DNA from: Perna viridis
Taxonomy: Eukaryota
Direction of reading: 5' to 3'
DNA: 64,000 nt
Assembly (NCBI GenBank): GCA_037379345.1
Contig: CM074517.1
Coordinates: 38,440,001-38,504,000 of the forward strand
The translations under genes and the position numbers were made by a program. The notes under the pieces were generated by a model. That model ran no database searches. It was not told the DNA's origin and saw nothing but the letters and a program-made list of their open reading frames with translations. Numbering within the stretch: position 1 is the stretch's first letter; each line of letters starts with the position of its first letter. Positions 39,986 through 50,739 of this stretch are shown here, one piece after another.

Positions 39986-40498
39986 GGCCCGTGCAGGTCC
40001 GGGTGTCAAAAGAATAGGCCTGCAGCAGCGCTAAGCTTGTCGTAAAAGGCGACTAAATAGTGCACAGGAACCTAGCCGGAGGCTAGGCGCTCTGCCCACA
40101 GAGCAACTGGGATGTGTGTCCAGGTGATGGAATGGGGTACCCCTGACGTGTTACATGCTGGGGTTGTCAGGCTATAATACGGAAAACCTGACCGCAAACC
40201 ATAGTGGTGCACCGTGTTGGGAAAGATGTCACGTTCGTCGCACGTTAAAGAACCCTGCTGCTGTGGTATTCGATAGGAGTAGGAACCTTTGCGCTCCGCC
40301 ACAGAAGGTTAAATGTCCGACCTTGCCCAATCCCCTTTTTCTAGTGGCAATCAAAGTTTGTCGACCATATAGTCCTTGTGTCCCATCCTTTTTTTTTTAA
40401 ATTTCATGTTCATTTTATCATCCATTTCATGTTCATTGTCTGAATATAGCTGAAATATTACTGCTCGGACGTTAAACCCCAACAAACAAACAAACAAA
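39986..40498 (+). mobile_element. Structured SINE-like retroelement family 1, copy 2
   Basis: Perfect 14-bp TSD CTCTTTGGCAAGTA at 39972-39985 and 40499-40512. (CAAA)n tail. Confidence 0.92.
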
Positions 40499-41454
40499 CT
40501 CTTTGGCAAGTATAATCATAAAAATATAAGAAATATAAGACTTTTATTTTAGTATAAAAATGTAAGAACAGACCCTCCTCTTTTTTCCTGGCTTGGGGCC
40601 GGCAGCTTTCCCTGGCGGAGTTAATGTTAAAAAAGTTATTTTGATATATCATGGAGATATCTTTAATCTCCTTATCTTTTATTTATTCATTTCTAACTCA
40701 TTTTCTTTATTTTATGATCGTTTTATTTTAATTTTTTTTACCTCATTGATATTTTATTTCCTTATTTGTATTTGGCGCAAAATGTAGTCTTTTTACACTG
40801 TATTTTAAGTCATCAGTTAATAAATTTTGGTTATTCACTTTCCGATTGATTGTCCTGTTATAGTCGGGCTCTATATTGGATGGAGGCAGCGATAATCATA
40901 AGCAGCAGTCCATTTAAAATTCTGATAGTGCTAATGATAGAAATGATTCATGGTATAGAAAAACCCACCGAACAAACGATGCATTTTTGTTATACGCATA
41001 TGTTATATTTTAACGTCACAATAGTCCTTACTGTATTTAAAAACTGTATTTTTTTACGAAAACCATAAACACGGAATTTTTTTTGTTAAAAAGAAAATGA
41101 AATACTAAGTTATGTGTTATAACAGCAAATAATGCACTTATTCTATCCATATGACGTTTTTTGATATGTGGTGGTCGACTGGTATATAGGACGTCTTATA
41201 TATGTAAATATATATAATACCAATCATTTTGACATGTTGATGTAAAAACTGTTTTTAAGCGTGTTACAACTACATGTTTAAATTTATCTAAATATTGTCT
41301 AAAAATAGATTTTGAGTTACTTCCCTTTGTAATACACCCATTGATTTAGTGTTTGAATTTGAACTTCCTCGTTAACAACTCGGGATTTTCGAAGCTGTAC
41401 ATTTTCAGGTATACATGTAGATAGATTCTTGTTTGATTTTCTAATGCGAGTAGT

Positions 41455-43382
41455 TTATTTTATTGTTTATAGAACTGTTTATTCACCAATTAAGGGCCCA
41501 TAAAGGGCATGATTACAATACATTTTTTTTTACATACAACAGTTTTGATTGAACATATATAATAACATATAATATCAACAGTTAATTTACAAACTAAATA
41601 ATTGTCACGTTTTTGTTTTAGCTTTTACTTGCATTATGAGTAATACATCATAGTAATCAACACATAGTGTTTAGTTATCATACTGGCACACCTCAGTTTC
41701 ATTTACAAAATGATATAATGGATTATAATAATGGAGATTATAATTATGATCATCTAATTATTATATGAATAAAGAATGTAAATGCATATTCACTTAAGGG
41801 CATATCTATTTGCAATAGTGATAATAATGCATTAAAAAAAGAAAGAAAGAAAAGAAAAAATAAATAAGTGCAGTGGACATAATACTCACTAGAAGCTTCC
41901 TTGTGCCCAGTGCAGAGAAGCAAGTCTTTTGAGTTGCTTCAAGACAAAGGACACCAAGGGATGGTGCTCTAGGCTTCAAGTATGAAAATTAAGGATCAAA
42001 TTTGCATATACTGGGCTTTTAATTACCCAAAATTCTTACATTACATATTACAATATAGGCAGAAAAAGATATGGGAAGATATTAATGATAGATAAAAAAA
42101 GTAATAATTATAATAATAAATAACATATACAAAAAGAAAAAAGAAAAATTATAATTTAAACACCACTTGATATAACAAGATCACTTAAACCAGATAAAAT
42201 AATAGAGTTTTCACAATTTAAGATCCATATCAATTTGTTTTCATCACTGAGGTTAATAAAATGTGGACATGTAGATATTATTAACTTATATAGTATATCT
42301 CTCTCTTTTTTATTTGATGAGCATGGAAAAAGAAAATGTACTTCATCATCTACCTCTCCTGAGGCGCACCTGCGACATAATCTATTTTGTCTAGGAATAC
42401 CATGATTGTGCCCTGTTTCTATCTCTAGTCTATGAGATGAGATGCGCAGCTTTGTAATATTTCTCCTTTGCTCAAAATTTACTTGAGATAAGTATTTCTC
42501 TAGCCCAAAATTGTTTTTAATTTTAGCATATACATTAAGTTTGCCTTCTTTGTTCTTTCTCAAATTTCTTACCCATGTCTCTCTATAGTGCTGAGAAAGG
42601 ATCAGTTTAGAGATTCGTTCAAATGAGAATTGAGTCATGTTTGCTAGACTATCTTTTATATCCTGAACAATGTTCATGATGTATTTTATTGATCCATACC
42701 ATGAGGGTTTATTTTGTCTAAACAAATTTTTAGATTCTGCATAGGCCTGTTGAAGCAATGGAAAGTCCGACTGTAACTTTTCTAGTCTATACCAATATTT
42801 TATCATCAATTTGATAATATCAAAGTGAAGTGGAAAGCAACCTAGTTCTGACAATACTGCTAAATTTGTTGACCTTTTATGAACACCCAAAATGAATTTT
42901 GAAAATTTTACATGAAGTTTTTCACATATAAGTCTTTGGTATATATCATCGAGTGATAAAACTTCCTTTTTAAGTCTAGTTTTGTATGGGTTAAAATATC
43001 CCCATATTTCAGCACCATATAGAAGAATTGGTTTGATGGTATGATCAAAAACTTTAATAGAAGCTTTTATGGAAGGATTTAAAGATAAAAAATCATTTCT
43101 AAGCTTGTGATATGCTTTCAATCCCTTTTGATATAACTCATTCTGAGCAAAGGAGAAAGTGCCTGAGCAACTAAATGTAATGCCAAGGTACTTATACTTG
43201 GACACACACTCTATCTGTGAATTATTAAATAAAAATTATGTTTGATGAGTCTGCCTGCTTTGTTGAAAGTCAAAATCTTTGTCTTTGAGGTATTAATATT
43301 TAAGCACCAATCTTTACAGTATAAGTGTAGCATATCTAATTTAGCATGTAAGCCTGCTACTGAAGATGACAATAATACTATG
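41455..43382 (-). mobile_element. 5'-truncated LINE (CR1/L2-group RT C-terminus, ORF 42156-43205) with long AT-rich 3' UTR
   Basis: YCKDWCLNINTSKTK upstream of a frameshift, then YKYLGI, PILLYGAEIWG, AVLSELG, KLRISSHRLEIETG, CRRC...DDEVHFLFPC. Confidence 0.85.
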
Positions 43383-44143
43383 TACTAAACAGTGGAGTGG
43401 GCTTGAGTTCATATACAGTGCATATTAATGCATTTAACATGCACATTATGCCCTAGAAGACCGCATAATGGGGTACTTTAATTTCATTTTAACAAAAGTT
43501 TTATTTTATGTGATTATGAATATAATAAGCTATCATTATATAAAATGAAAAATAGAAGAGTAAGCGTCTGCTTCATCGTCAAGTGAGTCGTTCGGTGGTC
43601 TTCGCGAGTGCTTTTTGAAAAAGGGAGATAATTGATGTTGGCAAAGATTTGTTCAATCATGAAGACCAGAAATTAAATTACAAAAATTTAAATACCTTAC
43701 ACATTGAAACATGAAAAATATGATATTGTATTGCAAGGTTATTTTTATGTGTTTTTCCATTGTTCTTTCTTTAGATTTGAAAAATCTTATCTTTAAGAAT
43801 TAGACCGTTTTACATGGTAACTTAATGAACATGTCAACTTCGGTAACACACATATATTATACAAGCACCATGTAATATGTTAAATCCCGAACACTGTAGT
43901 GATTAGCATATTTGTAGTGTTGCATAGTATTTTCACGTGTAATTTTCTGATTGTCGATTGCTTTTTCGCAAGCATATGTTTACAACCGAACTGAAGGCTT
44001 TATTCACGTGAAAATCTGATGTTTTAATTCGTATGTTATTATTATTATTATGTATTTTTATCGATTTGGTCTTTATTTCTCTATATCGTATATTTAGATT
44101 AGAATATAACTGTTTTTGTATATTCATTGTAAGTGTTTGTTTA

Positions 44144-44800
44144 ACCCTATATCACACCTCTAGACCTATCTCGCATACCCTTTATTACACCTCTAGACCT
44201 ATCTCGCATACCCTTTATTACACCTCTAGACCTATCTCGCATACCCTATATTACACCTCAAGACCTATATCGCATACCCTATATTACACCTTCAGACCTA
44301 TATCGCATACCCTATATTACACCCTAGACCTATATCGCATACCCTATATCACACCCGGTGGCCCTTGGGTTAATATAGGAGTCATGGGTTGATACAGCAT
44401 GTGATACAGATTTTGACATGTAATATTCTATTCAATATATATGCATACCCTATATCACACCTCTAGACCTATATCGCATACCCTATATTACACCTCTAGA
44501 CCTATATCGCATACCCTGTATCACACTTCTAGACCTATATCGCATACCCTATATCACACCTCCAGACCTATATCGCATACCCTATATTACACCTCTAGAC
44601 CTACATCACATACCTTATATCACACCCCTTCACAGACCATACTTGAAGTCTGGTTATAGTATATGATATAATGAACATGACATGTTTACATCTGTATCAA
44701 CCTTCGACCTATATCACAGCGCGGGTCGGTGGCCCTTGGGGAGATATAGGAGTCTCAGGTTGATACAGCATGTGGTACAGATTTTGACATGTAATATTCA
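44144..44800. repeat. 33-bp minisatellite in two blocks, each followed by a shared ~70-bp unique segment
   Basis: (ACCCTATATTACACCTCTAGACCTATATCGCAT)n at ~44144-44355 and ~44444-44625. GGTGGCCCTTGGG...GACATGTAATATTC at ~44357-44428 and ~44728-44799. Confidence 0.9.
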
Positions 44801-45190
44801 GTAATTATCACTCCCTTTTCTATAAAATAAACTACAGGTACATGGTGCAGAAAATGTATTTTTCTATTACTTAAGCCTATGAGATATTTTTCGGAAAAAT
44901 GAAAAAAGGTGGATATTACGATCAAATCATTGCGGCTAGTACCTGTAAACATTTAGGATCTATTTTTAAATATCCTTGAAATTTTTGTAGATAACACCAA
45001 AGTAATTTTCCTTCCTGTTTAGCTTGAAATTTTGGAGTACAATTAAATCAAATTAGTTACGCTATAGCATAAGGAAAAAGCTTTAGAAACCGAACAGTGG
45101 CGAAATTCTAAGCGTTGTCAAGGTATAGTGAATAAATATTTCAAATTTAAGTTTGTCGAACAACATAAACTTATACAAGTTGTATTTTTT

Positions 45191-45705
45191 GCCCCGTACA
45201 GATCCGGGTGTTAAAAGAATAGGCCTGCAGCAGCGCTAAGCTTGTCGTAAAAGGCGACTAAATACTGCTCAGAACCTTAGCTGGGGGCTAGGGCGCTCTG
45301 CCCACAGAGCAACTGGGATGTGTGCCCCAGGTGGTGGAATGGGGTACCCCTGGTGTGTTACATGCTGGGGTTGTCAGGCTATAATACGGAAAACCTGAGC
45401 GCAAACCATAGTGGTGCGCCGTGTTGGGAAAGATGCCACGTTCCTCGCACGTTAAAAAAAACCCTGCTACTGTGGTATTCTCCCGGAGTAGGAACCATAT
45501 GGCTCCGCCACAGGAGGCTAAATTGCCCGATCCTACCCACCTCTCCCTATTTCCAGTGGCAATCAAAATTTGTCGACCCCATTGTCCTTGTGTCCCATCC
45601 TTTTTTTCATTTCATGTTCATTTTATCATCAATTTCATGTTTATCGTCTGAATATAGCTGAAATATTACTGCTCGGACGTTAAACCCCAACAAACAAACA
45701 AACAA
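45191..45705 (+). mobile_element. Structured SINE-like retroelement family 1, copy 3
   Basis: TSD ACAAGT(T/A)GTATTTT at 45175-45188 and 45706-45719. Confidence 0.9.
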
Positions 45706-46034
45706 ACAAGTAGTATTTTGATTTTAACAAGTTCAATGTTTTGATTGGTCAATTCAAATTTAAAAAGACCTGCCATTTTTTTTCATAAATGTTGCATTTC
45801 GAATACCAAACATTCTTTTATGTCCCTTTTACAGTGTTTTGGGACATGTATTTCCTTATCGTTTTTTTTTTTGCGATTTTATTCCCTCATCAGGAAAAAT
45901 TGTAGAGAATGTGTATATGCAAATCAGTATATAGGGGGGTTCAGCCCTCACCAATCTAATTAAAATTAAATCTTTAATTATGCTACCCCCCATAAAAGGT
46001 GACTTGGCACAATACAGATCGTGTATTTTAATCA

Positions 46035-46115
46035 GATTGAGCCCTCACATGTTTAACCCCGCCACATATATTATATGCCTGTCTTAAGCCTGGAACCTGT
46101 AGTACAGTGGTTGTC
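46035..46115 (+). ncRNA. Twister-ribozyme-like motif, degenerate, heading a retroelement-tail-like segment (~46035-46350)
   Basis: TTTAAC-CCCGCC-ACATA...TATAT-GCCTGTCTTAAGCCTGG-A resembles the twister core UAAC-hCyGCC...GCCGGUCCCAAGCCCGG. The GGAGGG partner strand is missing. Confidence 0.45.
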
Positions 46116-48193
46116 GTTGCTTTTTTGTGTTCACTTTTATTTGTTTTACGTTTGTTATATAGATTAGGTAGATTTTCGTCTTTTATGAATAGTTTCACAT
46201 CATTTATTTTGGGTCTTTTTACAGCTTGCTTTATGGTATGGGTTCTACCCATAATTGAAGACCGTGTTGTAACATGTAAAAGTCTAATTGTTTGTTGCTA
46301 GCCATTTGGTTGATGACTATCTCATTGGCGATATAACACATCTATTTTTATGTATACTACATGTTTTATTTAAAACAACTTTTCTTGGTATTACTACTGG
46401 TCTTGAACATTCAAAACTAGAAATTTCTATAAAGAAAGTCAGAACTAAACAAATACCAGTCCATATAATGTTTAGAAATTGTCTATTGTAGAGGTAATTC
46501 ATGGCGTAGAAAAACCCACCGAACAAACGATGCTTTTTTTCTCTGCATATGCTATATTTTAACATAACAGTAGTCCTTTCTGTGTTCAGATTTGTATTTT
46601 ATCATTTCCCACTTAAATCAACCAAATTAAGAACAGTAACTCTTGCACTCAATTTCATACACAACATTTATCTCGAAAGTGCAACAACCGAATGAAAATA
46701 AGACCTCTTAATTGCTTTTATCTGTTTCTGTATTAAAAATAAAGGTGAATTTGGTGGATTTATGACATGCATGAATCCAACTGTCTGATTTTTTTATATA
46801 AAGAGTGCTACTTTAAAAAGTCGACAGTTCGACTTTAAAAAGATTCGTATAAATACGCTTTCGTGTGGTACAGATTTGATCTTTTCCGAAAACAATTATA
46901 CTGAATCTTAATCTATGACAAAAATTAATGTTATGATGTATTGTAACAGAAATGCACGGAGACAGCAGTTAAGAGCACGAATAAGTTGCAGGCAGAAGTA
47001 TTTGTCATTGTGTAAATTGGGAGGCACCATTCTCCGAAGCTATGACCATCTGATATATAGTAATATTCCGTTTAATTTTTTTCCCTTTTCTATCGCTGTA
47101 TAAAATATATAATCTTATATTTCATCCACTGATAAACGACATCTGTACTTTATTTTTCTTTAAATTTAAGTGGAAGGCCCGCCGAGCATTTCAAAATTGA
47201 AAATTTAACTATCGAGATTGTAGAAATTTAGTATGGCCCAAAAGGGTACAGTTCTGTTACCCTTAAACATTAAACTGTTAAATAGTGTTGTGATGTTTCT
47301 TGTTCGTGTGAAAAACAAGTTTTGATGAGGTAACATGCCAATCTCGATCCGACATGTAGGATGAATTCGCTGTTTTAAAGTTTACGCCTATTCCACAATC
47401 AGTACTCAACCCTGACTCTTTATGAAAATAAGTACAATACAACAAAAATAACTTCACAGATTTGTAATGAGATGTGCTCGTGCCTTATGAATGTTTTCAC
47501 ATCCTGTATGCCAGAGCCTATTATTTAGCGAAGTGATACGTAGTGAAACAGGAAGTGGTTATTTGCGGAGGAGATAGACAATGAAACTTAAACCAACCTT
47601 CTGCCGAAAACAAACATTTCTCCAGGGTAGAACATGCTTTTTATCACAGCGATCAGGGGAGTGAAAATTAAACAGAAAGATGTTTCATGTTGATCCGTGG
47701 TTTTATTTTCAGTCTCTCTTCCTGATGTTTTTTTTATTGTGCTTCTTGATACCGGTGGTCGTTTTGACAATAGCCATGAAAAAATAATAATGTGGGGCAG
47801 ATTTAATCTGTAAGTGGTCCAAGTTTTTAGCTGGAGTGGCATTATCGATGACGACACAAGTTTTAGTAGAACGTGAACCATTTTTCTGTGTGTTTCTGAC
47901 ATGTTCCATCTGTTTAGATACGAAGCTAGCTTACTCTACATTGAATTTTTTTTTTTCATTCGGAACTAATTTGCTCATTTTGCTTATACAAAAGTCATAA
48001 ATCCTGGAGAGTTCCGCTGGATGTAACTTCCTGTCAGACTGAATCAGGCTTTCAGTGCTTTTAATGTTATATCATTAACGCTAAGATGATTTCGTCCTCT
48101 ATTAATTTTAATTCTTATATGTTTTCTCCTTTGAAGGTTGGTGCACGATTTGAATAAACTAATAGAACAACGGAAATTAAATACAAATTAAAG

Positions 48194-50005
48194 ATGGATG
48201 ACCGCGACGAAGACGCCGAACGCAGGGAAAATGATAGGAAGAGAAAAAGCAATTTTTCTGCGACGATTCGAAACATGGCCGAGATGGGTCTCAATGGAGA
48301 AATGGCAGACTTGGAGATCATTGTCGAGGGTCAAGCATTCCCTTGCCACCGACTCATTTTATCTGCAGTATCACCCTACTTTCGAGCAATGTTTAATTCA
48401 GGTATGATAGAGTCACATAATGGCAAAGTTGAGTTGCCGGATGTGACGAAAGACGTTTTCGAAATCATCAGAACGTTTATTTACACGGGAAATATCGAAA
48501 TGGATAAGATTAATGAGGAGAACATTTTTGATATTTTGTCTGCATCAGCGTTGTTTGAAATAAATGCTATGCAAGAAGAATGTGAAAAAGTGCTTGGTAA
48601 CGAAATTAGTAACGATAACTGTTTGACCTTGTTTAAAATGTCGCGAATGTTTGGAGCAAAAACGTTATTCGAGACATGTAGACCATTTATCATGGAAGGA
48701 TTTAACGGTCTTTGGAAATCGGAGGAGTTCACCACATTACACCAGGAGGATTTAGAAAGTATTGTTCGAGATGACCAACTTGTTCCTGTTGATGAAGAGC
48801 AAATATGTGAAGCCCTTCTAGCATGGATTCACAAAGACCCAATAGAAAGACAAAAACACACGGGCCGGTTATTCAAACATGTGCGCTTCATAAATATCAG
48901 TCCGGAGTACTTAATTTACGAATTATTTACACAAAAGACACTCACTGAGGATAAAGACTGTAAGCGATATTTGGAGGAAGCGCGCGATTTTCATATGCTT
49001 CCAGCTCGACAACACGAATTCTCGTCTGTTAGGTTTCATTTAAGAGACAGTGATGACTACGAAGAAGTGATTTTAGTTCTAACAGAATTCGACATGGAGC
49101 GTTCTGGATCATTTTATCAGGACGGAAAATGTCTCTGGGCTTTCAGTTTGCAACAGAGTAGGTGGTTTACACTATCTCCTCTTCCACACAAGGAAAATCC
49201 AGGCCTTTTTATGAATATGGTTTCCTACAGGACAGACATATTTATTACGGGCGGTAATGAATCGAAAACGTCGAAAAATCTTCTCAAGTATGACTCGGAG
49301 AAAAATGAGTTCAACCTTGTGCAAGATGCAACATTGAAAAAAGGTAGATTTAAACACATGATGATTGCAGTTGGTGAATCCTTGTATGTTATCGGTGGTT
49401 TAATCGACAGACAGAGGAAGGATGGTTCGTATCCGCTTATAGGAACAATAGAAGAAATCCAAGTTCACGGGAAAAGATGGCGAGTCGTTGGCGAACTAAA
49501 AACACCTGTTCATTCGGCAAGTATAGCTGCCTCTGGTGAAAAAGTTTTCGTTTTTGGCGGAATTTTAGATGACGGTACATTCTTGAACAAAGTTCAAGTC
49601 TTCAACGTGCGTTTGCGCGAAACTGAATACGCATGTGACATCAGTAAAAATATAAGTCAACCTTTTAAAGTCCTCCATTTTGGCGGGAGAATTGTTGCAT
49701 TTACAAGCAAGGGAGAAATGTACGACTTTGACTCAGATAAATTAAGATTCGAACTTATTAAGAAGATACCAGCACAATATTTGCCCATAATGGCAGTATC
49801 GCATTACAAGGGCTGTATCATACTTCTTAGTGGTAGAACAGATATGCCCCAGTGCTACAAACAAATGTTTAAAATAGACTTAAGTGTAAACCCAATGAGA
49901 ATTGAAATAATCACAGCAAAATCGACAAGTAAGCCGAAACCGATTCACGCTTGTCAAAGGGGAAGAGTCAACAAGCAGTTTATGTATCACACGTATTTTC
50001 AGTAG
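48194..50005 (+). CDS. BTB-BACK-Kelch (KLHL-like) protein, 603 aa, single coding exon
   Basis: BTB (FPCHRLILSAVSPYFRAMFNSGMIES, FIYTG), BACK (EEQICEALLAWI, LFKHVRF) and kelch GG repeats (IFITGG, LYVIGG, VFVFGG). Acceptor ~48136 upstream; AATAAA at ~50598 and ~50651. Confidence 0.93.
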   Translation: MDDRDEDAERRENDRKRKSNFSATIRNMAEMGLNGEMADLEIIVEGQAFPCHRLILSAVSPYFRAMFNSGMIESHNGKVELPDVTKDVFEIIRTFIYTGNIEMDKINEENIFDILSASALFEINAMQEECEKVLGNEISNDNCLTLFKMSRMFGAKTLFETCRPFIMEGFNGLWKSEEFTTLHQEDLESIVRDDQLVPVDEEQICEALLAWIHKDPIERQKHTGRLFKHVRFINISPEYLIYELFTQKTLTEDKDCKRYLEEARDFHMLPARQHEFSSVRFHLRDSDDYEEVILVLTEFDMERSGSFYQDGKCLWAFSLQQSRWFTLSPLPHKENPGLFMNMVSYRTDIFITGGNESKTSKNLLKYDSEKNEFNLVQDATLKKGRFKHMMIAVGESLYVIGGLIDRQRKDGSYPLIGTIEEIQVHGKRWRVVGELKTPVHSASIAASGEKVFVFGGILDDGTFLNKVQVFNVRLRETEYACDISKNISQPFKVLHFGGRIVAFTSKGEMYDFDSDKLRFELIKKIPAQYLPIMAVSHYKGCIILLSGRTDMPQCYKQMFKIDLSVNPMRIEIITAKSTSKPKPIHACQRGRVNKQFMYHTYFQ

Positions 50006-50739
50006 CATTCTTGTGAATTTAATTGTGTATGTATGTATATTGTGATTTTATTCCGGTTTTAACAGTACAGTCGAAGTTTTAAACTTCTGTTGTATATTAT
50101 TTTGTTGTTTTTTAAATTGTACACAAATAAGACGAAATTGATATAATCAGAAATTGTCCATGCCTCCCTCGTTTTTTCTGTTTTTCATCCTCGTCCAAGC
50201 GTACTTGTCGGAAATGGACCACACTTGGAATTTAGAGCATATATCAAATATAAATGTACATTGTTGCTTCAATTCATTGGATGCATCTACACCCCTCTCA
50301 CAAGGTCGATAATATATGTCAAGTATTGCAGTTTGAACGTCAATGGCAGATACATCCGGCTTCAATACTTGACAAGTTTGCGATCGATTATTTCGCTAGA
50401 CAGTGTAACGGAGTGATCTAAAGGAGGAGTACAGATATATGCATGATATGATATATACATGATGATTTAAGGGAAGCTTTGTCGACTGATTTTATCTTCA
50501 CGCTGTCGTGCTGTATTTTTATAAGAATATTGTACATAAGCAGAAAGACTTTTTTTAAAGAAATTGTTGGTTTGCTTTGATGTAATTTATTTTTAAAAAT
50601 AAAATATTTAAAGAAATCGTTTTTTTGCTTGGATATAATTTATTTTTAAAAATAAAATATTTTATCTTAAGAGTTCATTAATATCTTTGATTGGGGTCGA
50701 CAGGACATGGGAAAATGTCCACCATTTAAGGCATTTACT

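Noticed and set aside
40945-46595. Segmental duplication of SINE plus downstream ~95-bp block (40945-41045 vs 46495-46595)
   Set aside because: The two SINE copies have different TSDs, so they are independent insertions; the short block is a separate small repeat.
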